This document shows positions 38,223 to 51,896 of a stretch of 64,000 bases of DNA, piece by piece. The DNA is from Podarcis pityusensis (Eukaryota). Location: NCBI GenBank assembly GCA_964106645.2, contig OZ067041.1; one strand, written 5' to 3'. The number at the start of each line of letters is the position of its first letter. Position 1 is the first letter of the stretch. The translations under genes were made by a program, and so were the position numbers. Under the pieces are notes generated by a model. It saw only the letters and a list, made by a program, of their open reading frames with translations, searched no databases and had not been told where the DNA came from.

Positions 38223-39096
38223 TATTGCCCAAATTTACCGTGAGATATTAAGTGCTGCACATCTGCCGTGATTTCACAGGGGCCCAGACAAAGTGCAGAA
38301 TTTTGATGCTAGCTCCAGAAGTTGGCTTCCAGAGACTTTTCTTTTTCTATTAAATTTATTCGCTCGCCTGCTCTGTTTTATACATAACCACCCAGTAGCG
38401 TTGCTGTCTAGGTGGATTTCAGCACAAAACGATCCTAAAATATAATGATAAAATTTCCATCAGAGAGAATCACCAAACAGATAACTAACAAGCATGGCAT
38501 TACATAGATTTTCTGAGTTCCTGAGCTGCCACGAGCAGCCAGACCCACAGAGCAGGCCCCATCCAGTTGCAGGCTCATAAGGGTAAGTTTCTAGCTGTTG
38601 CAGCAGGGGTGGTGAACCTCTGGCGCAGGGGCCAAGTGCAGTCCCTCTGTCTGGCCCCTGAGGACACACACACACACACTCCTGAGCTGTACTCTTTAGC
38701 TGCCTGCCTTGGAATGTGACCTTGGAATCTGATCATGTCTCTTCCTTCCCTGGATGGAGGACACGTGTGAGCATGGAGAAAGTAGTCTAATGCACACCAA
38801 GTGAAATTTGCTTTCATTGCTCTGCCTACTTCTGCCTCTGGCTGCATCCTCCACTGACCCAGGGCCCTGGGTAGTCATAGCTGGTGGTGGCAGTGGGGCT
38901 GCTGCTAACCCAACCTGTTTTCTGCACTGCTTCTTACTGGGAGGTAGAGGAGATGGGGGGAGGTTGGCAAGGTGTATGTGTACCCCACCAACCTTCCCAC
39001 CCTCCCCCTCTCCCTCTAGGTAAGCTGCAGCAGGGTGATCTACTGGAGGTTACGTGAGTGGCACCATCCCATCAAAGCACCTGTCACTGCCTAGAA

Positions 39097-39396
39097 CAGA
39101 GCTTTCCAAATGTTTCGTGCTGGCAACACGCTTTTTAGACATGCGGTCATTTCACGGCGTAGTGATTCGGTTTTTCTAGCAAACCAGAGGTTAAACTGAA
39201 CCCTCATAAGAGATACGGATACGGATTGTGCTGTACTTTTGTACTGTTTTATTGTTGTTAGCCGCCCTGAGCCCGGCTTTGGCTGGGGAGGGCGGGATAT
39301 AAATAAAATTTATTATTATTATTATTATTGTGCAACACACCTACGCCCTGCAGCCCACATGCTAGTGTGTCGCGACACACAGTTTGGAAAGCTCTG
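39097..39396. mobile_element. hAT-type element enclosing a LINE 3'-end fragment
   Basis: Perfect 14-bp TIR CAGAGCTTTCCAAA; TSD gcctagaa/gcctcgga (6/8); internal gccgccctgag...gggcgggatataaataaa(tta)n. Confidence 0.8.
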
Positions 39397-41704
39397 GCCT
39401 CGGAAGTTTGTCCAGAAGGAGTTGTGGCTCTCAGGGTCAGAAAAGCTCCACATTCTAGTCCTACAGCTACAGTGATACTCTGATACGAGTGAGTGTAAAT
39501 GTGCAAAATAGCAAATAAATAATAGAAATAATGCAAATAGAAACTATGCAAAAAATTCTTTTTTAAGCTGGAGTCATTATCAAGTCAGTATTTACTTATG
39601 CCTGTCACCACTTTTCACAAAGATCAAAAAGAACGCCATTGAAATAATTTCACTCAAAAGTAAAAAAAAGGCAAAGCAACACAGCATGCAAACTACCCTG
39701 TTAATTGACATCAACATCTTGATTTCTCCTAAATTTTACCCCAGCATAATTTGCATGCATCCAGGTTTGTATGGGTCTTGAGTAACAGAATTGCAGGTGT
39801 TATCTGCCAAACATGACTGCTTGCTCCCCTTGGCAGAGGCAGAAGCAAGCAAAACGTAGTGAAGCACTAGCTGAAAGTCTATGTGGGCTGGGCCCTTATC
39901 ACTTATGTGTGCCACAGCCACGCCTCCCCACTGCCCTAACGTTCAGGATACAGAAGATGTTTGCTTTTCTGTTGCTGCTTGGGCAAGTGTAATTGAGAGT
40001 GTTGAGAAACTGATACTTTCCTCTTTGCCTTCTTAGGGTAAGGAAGTAAACATTAGGAGGTTTTTTTTAGCAACAGTATTCTCTGGTACAGAATACCGAC
40101 ACCTCTTTTTTTCTGCCTGTTACAGCCATTTTGTGCTGGCAGCCATGGCATTTTTCTCAATGTATGAGTACCAGAACTGCATATATTTTTTACTTCCTCT
40201 CCCTCTTCATTCCGATGGTTGTTTTGGTATGCGTTTTACTTCGTATTTTACTATTTAATTTCTAAGCTGCCCTGAAAAATACCTCTGCCAAAGGCCACCG
40301 TATCAGTTCTTTCAATAAATTAATTAACTAGAAGTATTTTAAAAGGCTTCTGCTATCAGCCAATGTTTCCTACCCTATAATGGTTGCTGAAGGCTGCTAG
40401 AACATTGAAGCTACTGAGGCATTTGCACTCTGCTATAAATGATTTGCTGTTTCACGTACCCAAAGCCAAGCAAAGATGGTATATAATTCATCGGTCTCTG
40501 TGGGGAGAGGTAGAGCCCAGCAGCTGTCTATGCATGCTAAACCCTAAGCCAAGCCTGCCCACATACTTACTGAACATCAGGCCTTTAGGCTGGAGTCTGC
40601 TGATAACTACTGCCGCTTTGTTCATGTTTAACCAGCGTCCTTTCCCTTTAAAGAAGCCGAGCAAACTAATGAGGACCCGCAAAGATGCATAAACAACAGC
40701 CCTTCAAATAGTGATGAATGTCCTCAGCCACAGAGGTGGCTAAACCGGTGAGGAAGTGTGGGCAATTAATTGTTCTTCGGAAATCTGAAGCAATGAGCTA
40801 TAACCCTGACCTATCACGGTTGTGCCACCTGGGTTCAGTGAATATGTACCACACAGTATTGTCCCCAGAGAAGCCCCATATTGGAGTAATTTGAGACGAT
40901 TTTGATGATGTGAAAGGAAGCAAACACTGGTGTCCGCCCACCTTGAACACGTCCTTATTCGAGGTAGATTGAAAGGGGAATTCTTCAGTCGACTTGCTTA
41001 TTTACTATTCACTGCAGGTGTATGAAATATGAGCTCGTCTGTTGAGGTGGTGGAGGGAAAACACCCCTTTGACCTTGAAGGAGGGCCTCTGGGTCCCGGC
41101 AAGCATAATGCAAAATCAGTAGAACTGTTATGACCCATTAACTGTCTTGGAAGTGTGTAGGATGTCTGGGCTGACATTGCCGTAGATGTAAAGGTCAAGC
41201 TAAAATGTCAGTGGAGCTGCTGCTGCAACATTATTTGTGACTCAGTTTAGCATGTACAGGGAGCAGGGCTGACTTTATTATATAATCATAGAGTGTTCCT
41301 AGCAAGGAGGATTCCCAGAATAAAGAACAGCTTCTATCTTTAGCAGCACTGTTTCTTTTGACATGGTAGTACAGACTGTGATCACACAAATGCACACCCC
41401 ATTCAACTGGAGCACTTCCTCAGTAATATTTTTACTCTTTTTTCATATAGAAAATTACATTTGTTGCTCAACAATTATATTCAAATTCAACAAAACTAGT
41501 GACTTGTCGCTCACCCAACATGGATGTTTCTAACCCAAATTACATACAACTGTGTTTTAAGGTTCCGTCTTCTCTAATTTTACCCTCTCTAACCTGTTTC
41601 TTAATATATTCTGTTGTTTCCTTCCTCCAAACTTTCTCATTCAGGAGATACAAGTGTCTCTTCCTTCCTCCTGATCAAGCAGATGAAGGGTTGACTCACT
41701 GGTC

Positions 41705-42060
41705 AATAATAATTTTTATTTTTATTTTTATTTATTTATACCCCGCTCATCTGGCTGGGTTTCCCCAGGCACTCTGGGCGGCTTCCAACAAAATATTAAA
41801 ATACAGTAGTCCAAACATTAAAAGCTTCCCTAAACAGGGCTGCCTTCAGATGTCTTCTAAAAGTCTGGTAGTTATTTTTCTCTTTGACATCTGGTGGGAG
41901 GGCGTTCTGCAGGGCAGGTGCCACTACTGAGAAGGCCCTCTGCCTACCTCCCCATAACTTGGCTTCTCGCAGTGAGGGAACTGCCAGAAGGCCCTCGGTG
42001 CTGGACCTCAGTGTCTGGGTAGAATGATGGGGGTGGAGATGCTCCTTCAGGTATACTGGA
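41705..42060 (-). mobile_element. L2-clade LINE 3' fragment
   Basis: PVYLKEHLHPH...TLRSS...RAFSVVAPAL.NALP...FRRHLKAALFREAF (L2 ORF2 C-terminus). Confidence 0.88.
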
Positions 42061-43538
42061 CTGTTCAAACATCATCAATTGACTCACTATTTTTTTATCA
42101 CGATTAAGATTCTGTGATGTCAGAAACACCTATAGGGCCTCCTGATAATAAGGCATTAGAGTCCTCTCTTCCCTCATCTCTTAGAATATGCCATCAGGGT
42201 GGGAAAGGCAATTTCTGCACCAAAAGCAATCCTGAAACCACACTGAAGTGGACCTGACCGGGTTCATAGAAATTCAGAGCTATGTAATCTGAGGCAGGGT
42301 GTTCTCAGTGCTCCCCCCCCCCCTAGAAAAACAGGTGCCGGTACTCACCATGAAGTTGTTACAGAGTAAGGGCCACAGTTCTTAACAACAACCCCCTGGG
42401 AAAAAAGCACTGGGTGTTCTTATACAGAAAATATTATGTGTGGTCCAAGAGACATTAGTTTAGATTGTATGAGAAGCACCTATTCCTAACTGGTTAGATT
42501 CCTGTATGTTGCAGATTTTGATTATCATGGGGAAATTGTTGATCCTGCTATAGGTGAAAGTTTACTGGGGTTTGCTTGAAGACCTGGGCTGACATACTAG
42601 GCACTGTCAACACAGCAGCAGAAACATCTCTGTACTGCCTGTGTAACAATTTTCCAGGGCAGTCTCCATCACCACCCTCCAAGAAAAGGGTGGATGTTAT
42701 CTAGCCATCCGCAAAAGTGTTTCCCCACTTCCCTGAAGATTGAACGCATCCATGCTGTTTAGTGGGGATCAAAAGAAATGACTCATCATTCAAAATAGGG
42801 ACTCTGCTCCTTTGGACTGACAAACACAGAGTCATCGCTTTTCTGTTCCCCTGGTTATGCATTTGCTGCTTCACTAACTTTTCCAAAAGCGAAATGGTGT
42901 TAAGCAAAAGAGATTATTCATTCCTCGTTGATTTAAATAAATACTGTCCGTACGAAGATGGTTCAGGTGGAGGAAAGGAGTTGACGTACTTCCAGAAAGC
43001 CTCCATAACTGGAACACAGTTTGCATGTGTGCTTTTAAGTTCACAGTTTCTAGCATAGATGTCTTAAATTACTTCTCAAACAAGGTCGAATGGAAACCTG
43101 TTGTCCTGAAGGGGCCAAGCTGCATGTTGGTTTGCCTTTACACTTCATTAGGTATTTTCTATGCAAACAGAATTGACAGTTATGGATGTAGTTCAAAGAC
43201 TCAGTACCTTGTAACTTCACTGCGGGTTCCACAGGATTGTTGTTCTGTGTGTACTTAACACCTTAAGGTTGTGATCCCAAGGTGCTTTCTTGGAAGTATG
43301 GTCTCTTTAAAGAATTAAAGTTTAAAAGAATCCCTGTACAGATAAATTCAGCCCCTGGCATCCCTCTGTCAGCCTTCTTGCACAGAAGCATATCTGGGAA
43401 CCCCAATTGTGTATTTCCACCCATCTGTTTCTGACGTTCTGGAAAACTCTGCTAAAGGCCTCCTTGACCCACTGGTGCAGTCTAATTCTGAGTTACAGAT
43501 AACCAGAACCGTGTGTGTGTGTGTTTGTGTGTAACACA

Positions 43539-43719
43539 AACCCATAAATATTACCTCGGGTTAAGAACTTTGCTTCAGGATGAGAACAGAAATTGTGCTC
43601 CGGCGGCACGGCAGCAGCAGGAGGCCCCATTAGCTAAAGTGGTGCTTCAGGTTAATAACAGTTTCAGGTTAAGAACGGACCTCCGGAACGAATTAAGTAC
43701 TTAACCTGAGGTACCACTG
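43539..43719 (+). mobile_element. Tigger-like MITE (main family), left end missing
   Basis: Family core and right TIR gaggtaccactg|TA. Confidence 0.88.
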
Positions 43720-44734
43720 TATGTTTCTCTCCTTGAAGAGAGATGGTTTGCCAATCTCCATGTTCCAGCAACATCTGGGATAGGTTAATGTAGTGTGTTG
43801 TACATGGCGGTTGCCTTTTGGAAAACGTTTGGGAAAGGAAACTAGCCCATGACATGCAAGTGGGCCGTTAACTAGGCTCAACCCCTATGGGCAGGATCAC
43901 AGCTTTGTTAAAAGATTTGCACTAGCTGCTGGTATGGTTCCAGGCTCAGTTAAAAGCATTGGTCTTGTCTATAACACCCTCGACAATGTGGGCTGGAGCA
44001 TCTTCATGATCCTATTCCTTCTGCATGAAGCTCCCTGCCAATCAATAGCTTCCTCAAAGGCCTTTCTCCCATCTTTGAAAGTGATATGGATGACACTGGA
44101 GACAGGACATCTTCCGTACTGATACCGAAAATATGGAAGCCCCTTGGAACATATTTGCCTTGTACTTTCTTTGCTATCTTTTAGCAGCTAAGCGAAGTCC
44201 ACCCTGTTCTTTTCTACCCTTAATGGAATTTGAGGTCCTTTTCACTTGCCTTTTTATCTGGGTTATATTGGCCTGAGTGTTTTTTCTGCTGTTTTGATTT
44301 CCCGTTCCCTGGCGTTGCTTGTTTTTGTTCTGTTGCATCTTACTGTAGATTATGGTTTGGTTTGGTTTTTAAACGTAAGCTGTCCTGAGGCCGTCCTGGC
44401 AAAAAGCAGAGTATAAAATGCTATAAATAAGTCAGCGTCCAAGGACACCTTCACACACAGCCCTGACCTGCATATCCTGCATGTGTCAAGGTGAAGGAAC
44501 CAGTTCTCTAATTTGGGTCTGCTCTGTCATAGGGCATTTAGTGTGAGCGGCAGCCTATACATGCACACTTCTGTCTGAGTAGGCCTTGTCAAGGCAACCT
44601 GTCTCCCCTTTTTGGCAGATCAAATGTATGCGCAAATGTCCCAGTTCACGGAAAGGTCCTATGCATGCTTGAGGCTCATGCTTACAGCCCACCATGTGCA
44701 GGATGCGAGATGGTGCAGTCATGTAACTTTAGGC

Positions 44735-44850
44735 CAGCCTTTCTCAACCTTGAGTCCCCAGATGTTGTTGGACTACAACTCCCATCATTCCTACCCATCA
44801 GGGATGATGGGAGTTGTAGTTAAGAACATCTGGGAACTCAAGAAAGGCTG
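44735..44850. mobile_element. Palindromic hAT-type MITE (family of 14724-14861)
   Basis: CAGCCTTTCT / AGAAAGGCTG ends; actacaactcccatcat / atgatgggagttgtagt stem. Confidence 0.82.
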
Positions 44851-46610
44851 TGGACTTAATAGTATCATGGGGAGTGGCGGGTGGGGCTGTCTTTAGATGA
44901 TAATTACTTCTTCCTTCAAAATGTGGTATTATTCAGGGACCCCTTATCCATTCTGCTGAGTGGGGCCCTGAACCTCTGCCCCCAAAGCCCTGCCCTGTGA
45001 GTGCACCGCTAATCTCATTGTGAAGTGGTTTAAAGGTACTTCATCTGTGTATACATAAAAGGTTATTAGTAAGCACTGCTTCTCAGACGCCTCACAATCA
45101 GTTTCCCTCTCATGGTATGTTTGGCTATGAAGCTTTTGTGTGGACAGTGAAGATGCTATTCATATTTCACAAGGCTTTGCATTTCTGACAGCACAGAATA
45201 TTGCCTTCTTGTTGGGTAGCATTTGCAGGCTGGGCAGATTCCACGCACTTGTCATTTGGATCCATCCTGACAGCTTCCTGAAAACACTCTGAAAGACACC
45301 CTCGTTCCTGGGAGTTATGAATCACGGTTTGAAGTTATGGCCATTTCTGTGTTAAGGCTAATCGGGGAAGGATTTCTATTAATAATAAAGTCTAGCATCA
45401 CTCATAACTTTCCAAGCGAGAGCCTTATTGAACTTAACGTGAACTTAAAGATCCTCTTCGAAGAGGAACCTTTGATAGGGTGGTTGCCACATTGATGTAC
45501 ACACCACACAGCATGTCTCACGTCCATTTCATAAGATATATTCCATGTCTCTGAAAGGCTATAGCGAGTGCTTTTATGCAGGGCATAACTGGTTTTGTCT
45601 TGCAGTGACAGATATGTCCCTCTGTGACCATCATTCTTTTTTCAGGAATGAACTGAAGATGCAGTTTTGAATGTGTTGCTTTGAGTATTTCATCAATATT
45701 TGCCCCATCAACAGTGTTTTGTGGATTATGGTTCCACATGTAACAGACTCTGAAGGCAAAATTGAGTGCAAGATGATAGTATTAGGGGATAGTATTTTTG
45801 TGGTAGTTCCAGGATTCCTGACCCCTCCTCCCATTTTTTTTAATTAATTTTTTTTTTGGGGGGGGGCTCGTAGCTAATGTTAGTTCTACTCAGAATAGGC
45901 TCACTGAGATTTATGGGTCCAGTTGTTTTCAGTGAGTCTACTCTCAGCAGAATTTCATTGGAGACAACCCATATTTTATAGGGTGGCTGGGCATACTGCA
46001 AAATGAAGTGCTGGAGAAACCCAGCAATTCACCCCATAATTTCCAAGAGGCAACTGTACAAATAAATGACCATATGCAGATTTCATGCAAATTTGGGTCA
46101 CGGTTCCGCCCCATGAGCCTTTTAAGTGCTTGTAAATTTCTTTCTGTACGTTCCTGGATGCAGCAAAATAAAGGGCAGAAATAAAGGCTGGGGGGGTGTT
46201 GGATGCCAAGAGTAAATTTAATTCTGCTCCAAACTGGATTTTTCTTGTCATTTGTCTTAGCACTCTCATAGTGGAATCTTGCAATACTGATTTATTGTTT
46301 GTTTTTGCTTCTGTTTTACTTTCCCTTATCTTAATATGAGTTGTCCAGTATACCCCAACAGCTATTGTATTATGCAACGCTTTTGGAATGTGACACCCAT
46401 TAATGATGTTATTTTTCTGTTAAGCTGGGGCCATTTTGAAATCAACCACAAACTTCCGTTCCAACCAGGACTTTAAAGGAGTCTGCTGGATGTCAACAGG
46501 AGCAGATTTTTAAAAGAGGAGGGTGAATGAGGGTTTTGAGAAAAGATGAAGGAGGGCTAAACTGCAGTCCTAGTTTTTAGACAATGAAACCGTCCAAAAT
46601 GATGCTGTAT

Positions 46611-47208
46611 TGTGTTACGGGTGCCTTGGCCAACCTGACATCCTTGAGATGTTTTGGACCACAACACAGGTTGATGAAGGCTGCAATGAGGAGTTTTTTG
46701 TACAGCCAAATTTCGTGGTCGTGCGAAACAGCCTGCCAATAGAAATTTCTTGCAGGGTTCGTTCAAAACTGTATGTGATGGTTCAAGGGGTTGCTCGTGT
46801 GTAAGCCGGTGCCCACACCTGGCTGGGTTGCCTAAGTGAACCTTTTCTGTCCGGACAGCCACTCACCCATGGCTGTCTCAATCGCTGGCAGAATCCGTCA
46901 GTGGGCGTTTCTTAAACTTCTTCCAGCATAGAAGTTCTTTCACGCCCAGTCGCCTCCTACTTTCCCTGCGCGGAAGCCTTCTGCGCAAGGAAGGCGTAGG
47001 CAGCGGAGGACCCTTCCTCCCCCCACTGGTCCCAGGCAAGGAGTCATGTGACTCCCTCTCAGATTCCCCCATCTGCCCCCCTTCTCCACTGGAGCTGAGC
47101 TGATTCCCTTCCCCAGAAGATGGGCTGCCTCTCCCAATCCCGTGACGCTCTCTGGGATCCCTCTGGAGCTCTCTCTCTCCCTCCGGCACTGATGGCAGTT
47201 CCCTGACA
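46611..47208. mobile_element. Solo LTR-like element (598 bp)
   Basis: TGT...ACA termini flanked by direct repeat ctgtat (46605-46610, 47209-47214); GC-richer than the flanks. Confidence 0.7.
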
Positions 47209-48107
47209 CTGTATTTATAATTTTGTGTTTGTTTTTGTGTCAAAAAGACCTCCCCTGTTGGACACCTGTTAGTTCTCCTGCACAGAGCAATGGTCCTCTT
47301 TTTTTCTTTGCCCTCATTATCCCAGCCTCCTCAAGTGTCCCGATTAAATTGAAACATCATGAATTGACAGAAGCCGCCCAATCCCAAATGCCCCGATATG
47401 TTATCCGCTTCTTACGTTGTCCTCATCTTCCATTTAATGTGATCTACCCACATGATGTATCACAATACTGCATGTGACACAATGACATCATGGAGGCCTG
47501 TAAACAAAATAATGTGGTATGCCACAGTCAATCAGATTAGAGAAGAATTTAAGATAAGAGCTGTGCTGGATCTGGCCAAAGGTTGCTCTAGACCGGGGTC
47601 CTTTTTCTGCTAGCCTACGGTTTCATGTGAATGAGTATTGGTCTACTTGACAACGTTCAGAAGTTCCCAAACTGCTCCTGCTGCTGCTGTGCTGGCGAGG
47701 AAACAAACCAGAAGCTGGCTTTGTGCAAACCACGTTTCCCTCAAATAAACTGCAGTCAGGAAGCCAAGCAAACTTTCTTTAGGGTGTGGGATTTTATGTC
47801 TCTGGTGCCAGAGCAACTTGCTCACCAGTCTTTACTGGGTGAGGTGGCATTCGCTGTTCTGCTTCAGGCACTGTGCAAAAGCAGACCCTCCAAGCGTCCC
47901 TATTTTCCAGGGACAGGCCCAGATTTACGGAAGCTGTCCCAGCTTCTGATCTGATCCCAGAATGTCCCGCTTTTCCTTAGGATGTCCCTATTTTCATCAG
48001 AGAAATGTTGGAGGGTATGGAGTTATGCAAACAGCAACAACCCTCCACTGAGCCAAGGAGATAAGTAACTATACAACCTTTAGAAGACGTCTGATGGCAA
48101 CCTTGTA

Positions 48108-48338
48108 CAGTGGTACCTCGGGTTACAGACACTTCAGGTTACAGACATTTCAGGTTACAGACTCCGCTAACCCAGAAATAGTACCTCGGGTAAAGAACTT
48201 TGCTTCAGGATGAGAACAGAAATCGCGCAACGGCAGCGGGAGGCCCCATTAGCTAAAGTGGTACCTCAGGTTAAGAACAGTTTCAGGTTAAGAACGGACC
48301 TCCAGAACGAATTAAGTTCTTAACCCGAGGTACCACTG
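48108..48338 (+). mobile_element. Tigger-like ~240-bp MITE (main family)
   Basis: Perfect CAGTGGTACCTCGGGTTA TIRs, TA TSD; splits an L2 3' fragment (~48070-48460). Confidence 0.94.
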
Positions 48339-48469
48339 TATTGGGAAGTTGTTTTTTTATGTTTAATGTTTTATTATGATTTTATATATGTTGGAAGCTG
48401 CCAAGAGTGATTTGGGCAACCCAGTCAGATGGGTGGGGTATAAATAATAAAATTATTATTAGAATAGGA

Positions 48470-48623
48470 GGGTTTGCAAAAGCAGCCCAGTTGGTTAGAG
48501 CATGGTGCTGATAATGTCAAAGTTGCATTTTCTATCCCTGCTTATTTCTGCCTTGCCAGGGATTGGATTAGATGATCCTCAGGGTACCTTCTAAGTCTAC
48601 AATTCTGTGATTCTATGATTGTG
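48470..48623 (+). mobile_element. tRNA(Ile)-like-headed SINE with CR1-type tail
   Basis: cagttggttagagcatggtgctgataa head; tail ctacaattctgtgattctatgatt; TSD gaatagga (48462-48469, 48624-48631). Confidence 0.78.
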
Positions 48624-49766
48624 GAATAGGACACCCATATTTCCATTGGAGAAGTGTCAGAGGGTGTGTAAAAGCATCACAGCATGGCTCCCTCGATCTT
48701 TCCAGAGGAGTTAGAGAGGCCCACAAGCGCCAGAGTCTCATAAGCAGGTGGATATTCCCAGAAAGTATCGAGTGAATAGACCTGCAGGCATCCATAGCAT
48801 TGTATCAAAGTGAGGCTTGCTTTCTCCGCCTTTCCTCGCCGCTCTCCTTTGAAAATAATCATATCATATCTCATTGGGTCATAAAGAACTTGATTTATTG
48901 AAGCCAATTCATGAGACACTAAATCATTTCAATAAAAACAGCTGCATTTCACAGCTTTCGGTTTTATCCCATTAAAATTTCAAGTCTATAATATGCAATT
49001 ATGTGTATACTCAAAGTAAAGATATTATTTTCTGTGTGGGGGAAAAAAAAGGAAGTATAAATTTCTCCCCCTTAATTTGTAATATATTCAGGCTTGACAG
49101 TACTAATTTGCACTGCAAAGTAATTTGGGCATAAGAAGCATATGTCAACATGAGGAGTAGCTGCAGTTTTGTCTCTGGAGGATCACTTAAATCTGTCTTG
49201 TTACAGATATACTGTAGTTGATTTGCTCGTCTTAATTTTTGACCCAATAATGATAATTTATGAAATTCAGATCCTTCCTTTTCTTCTTCTTCTGAGAATT
49301 TGCAATACTTGGGAGGGTAGAAAAGGCAGGAAATGTGTCTTATAATTAATTTTTGTTCATAGGGCTATTTAGTGAAAGCAGAGACACCCCAATGTCATGT
49401 TTTGCGATGCAGGTACATGCTACCCAAATTAAAGATGTGAAAACAGCACTCCGTCATAATTTATATGGAATAATGGGATTGATTTGGAGGGGGGGTTGGG
49501 TGTCCAGAAAGTGAATCTGGATTCTGAATTAAGATTGGAATCAAGGCCTTGAGTCTTGCTCAACCTGAACAGAGGCTGTAGGACATAAAACAAAGACATA
49601 AACATGTTACAGACCATATTGCGGCCTTAATAGTTCAGGGTAGGTTGCTCCTATATGTTGTGGCCAGTTATCCATTGCCAAAAAAGAGGATTTGCAACAT
49701 TCCCCACTCAAAAAAGTGGGGAGGACATCATTTTGCAACAAATTTGTATATGGTAAATTATATGTA

Positions 49767-49998
49767 CAGTGGTACCTCGGGTTACAGATGCTTCAGGTTA
49801 CAGACGCTTCAGGTTACAGACTCCGCTAACCCAGAAATAGTACCTCAGGTTAAGAACTTTGCTTCAGGATGAGAACAGAAATCGCGTGGCGGCAGCGGGA
49901 GGCCCCATTAGCTAAAGTGGTGTCTCAGGTTAAGAACAGTTTCAGGTTAAGAACGGACCTGCAGAACGAATTAAGTTCTTAACCCGAGGGTACCACTG
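49767..49998 (+). mobile_element. Tigger-like ~240-bp MITE (main family)
   Basis: TIRs, TA TSD, family core. Confidence 0.94.
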
Positions 49999-51584
49999 TA
50001 TAGACACACATTTAGAAATAATTGCTATGCTTTAACTATTTAAAGCATAGAATGCTATAGACACCAGATGACTTGTGTGCTTGCTTAGACTAAGTGCCAA
50101 TAGCTTTTGGTGGGCCACTCCAAGATCTCCCACTTTTTATGGTTCCTTATCTCCAAACCAGACTTGGACTAGACGGCCCTCAAAGAGGACACCTTCAAAG
50201 AGAAGACTGTGATAGAGAAGATAGCCAACGTGGTGCTCCCAGATGCTGTTGGAGTCTGCTGTCATTGTCCCAGAACATTGGCCATGCTGACAGGGGCTTA
50301 TGGGAGTAGGACTCCCAACAGCATCTGGAGTTCTCCAGATTGAGCATCATTCGACCACACTGTAAACCCTCAATTTCTTGTTTCATCAGAAATGATGATG
50401 AGATGGTGATGAGATGGGAAGTGTGCACACACACAGGCAAGGATGCTTTTATCATACCACCTACAACCCTTGAAAATCTATGATCCCCAGTCTCTAGTCT
50501 AGACGCACAGTTATTTGCAACTGGGGGCAGCTCTGTTCATTTCATGTTTGGCAACAATGCTGAGGGTTCGAAGTCTAGCTCATGTTTATCTTCACATCAT
50601 CTCTAGAGCTTTGTGTAGGCTTGGGTTATGGAGAGAATCTAAACCTTTGAGGTTTATGTGGGCTGTGATTTCAGCCTTAATGTGCTTATCGCTCCTGAAA
50701 ATCTGGCCCCAAATTCCTCCCAGAACGCCTTACAAACTTGCAGAAACACTTGCAACTAGAGTTGACGTTCACCATCTGCAATGTTGAGAAGGGAGTCTGA
50801 CCTCCCACTGAATATGAGGATGTGATTCAGCTTGGAACATGATGTACAGATATGGGTAAAAGTGAAATGAATCAACTGTTTAAATAGGGGGTAAGGAAGG
50901 ATACAAGAGACTTCTGAGTAAATATGAGTTGGGTGTTAGCAATGCAGCAACAGAAACAGCTTCACCTTAAAAACAGCTCACATCTGCAGCGAGGTGGTAT
51001 AAGAAAACATCTCTGCTGATGTTCTGAGACTTCTCTGTAAAAAAAAAAGTTGTTGACAAAGATGTTCACAATGGCTTAATTAATTTGAAATATTCAAATA
51101 TTATTAATTCACATGAATGATTGTTCCTCAAAACTTTCTGGTAATGTTTGGATAATGACATTGTGCTGTAATGAGATTCTATTGTAATGAAGAACAAGCA
51201 GAGTGGAGAAATTAACTATTGACAAGCTAAGGGCTGATGTGCCCATGTGCCACCAGTGGAATATGTGAGATGGAGCTCACCTAGTTCAGAGATGGAAATG
51301 CAACAGTTTTTGACTTGCAAACAGGGCTGATTTATGATATTTCTATGCTCCTTTTCATTCAAATGAATCGCAAAGCAGCTTATAAACAATACACAGCAAT
51401 AACTTAGTGGAGCGTAATAAAACATCACAAATACAATACAGATCATAGAATAATTATCAAATCATCCGTAAAACAGTTACAATCTATAAAGCACTATTAT
51501 TCACAAAACAACTAAAAGAATAAGCTAAACAGTACAATTACAACAAAAGTCAGTCTGAAGGGACTTTAGGTAAACAACTATCTG

Positions 51585-51696
51585 ACGTTTAGAAGACATC
51601 TGAAGGCAGCCCTCTTTAGGGAAGTTTTTAATGACTGATGTTTTAATGTATTTTTCATCTTTGTTGGAAGCCTCCCAGACGGGCGGGGTATAAATA

Positions 51697-51739
<43 letters not shown>

Positions 51740-51740
51740 T
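51585..51740 (+). mobile_element. L2-clade 3' fragment ending in a (TTA)n microsatellite
   Basis: tttagaagacatctgaaggcagccct...gggcggggtataaata followed by ~14 TTA units. Confidence 0.82.
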
Positions 51741-51840
51741 AATATTTCATCTGTTCCCTCCCCCTCACCACTGTGGTACCCTCCTTGTAAACAGAGACAG
51801 CATTAGCAAATACAGGCACCCCGTTTGGGGGGTGGGGTGT

Positions 51841-51896
51841 AACTTCTATAGTTACCCTTCATACCAAGACAGCATGAAGGCAGATCCAGAGGAGGA
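51841..51896 (+). repeat. Degenerate partial copy of the 5' part of the KLF12 large exon
   Basis: acagcatgaaggcagatccaga identical at 51869-51890 and 52457-52478; upstream aacttctatagttaccc resembles aactctcacagttaccc (52411-52427). Confidence 0.8.

Larger units (their letters stand above)
47882..48666. mobile_element. Composite hAT-like element containing an L2 fragment, a MITE and a SINE
   Basis: Left end cagaccctccaa with repeated tgtccc motifs; right-end motif present twice (47983-48019, 48630-48666); TSD tgcaaaag/tgtaaaag (7/8). Confidence 0.65.
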
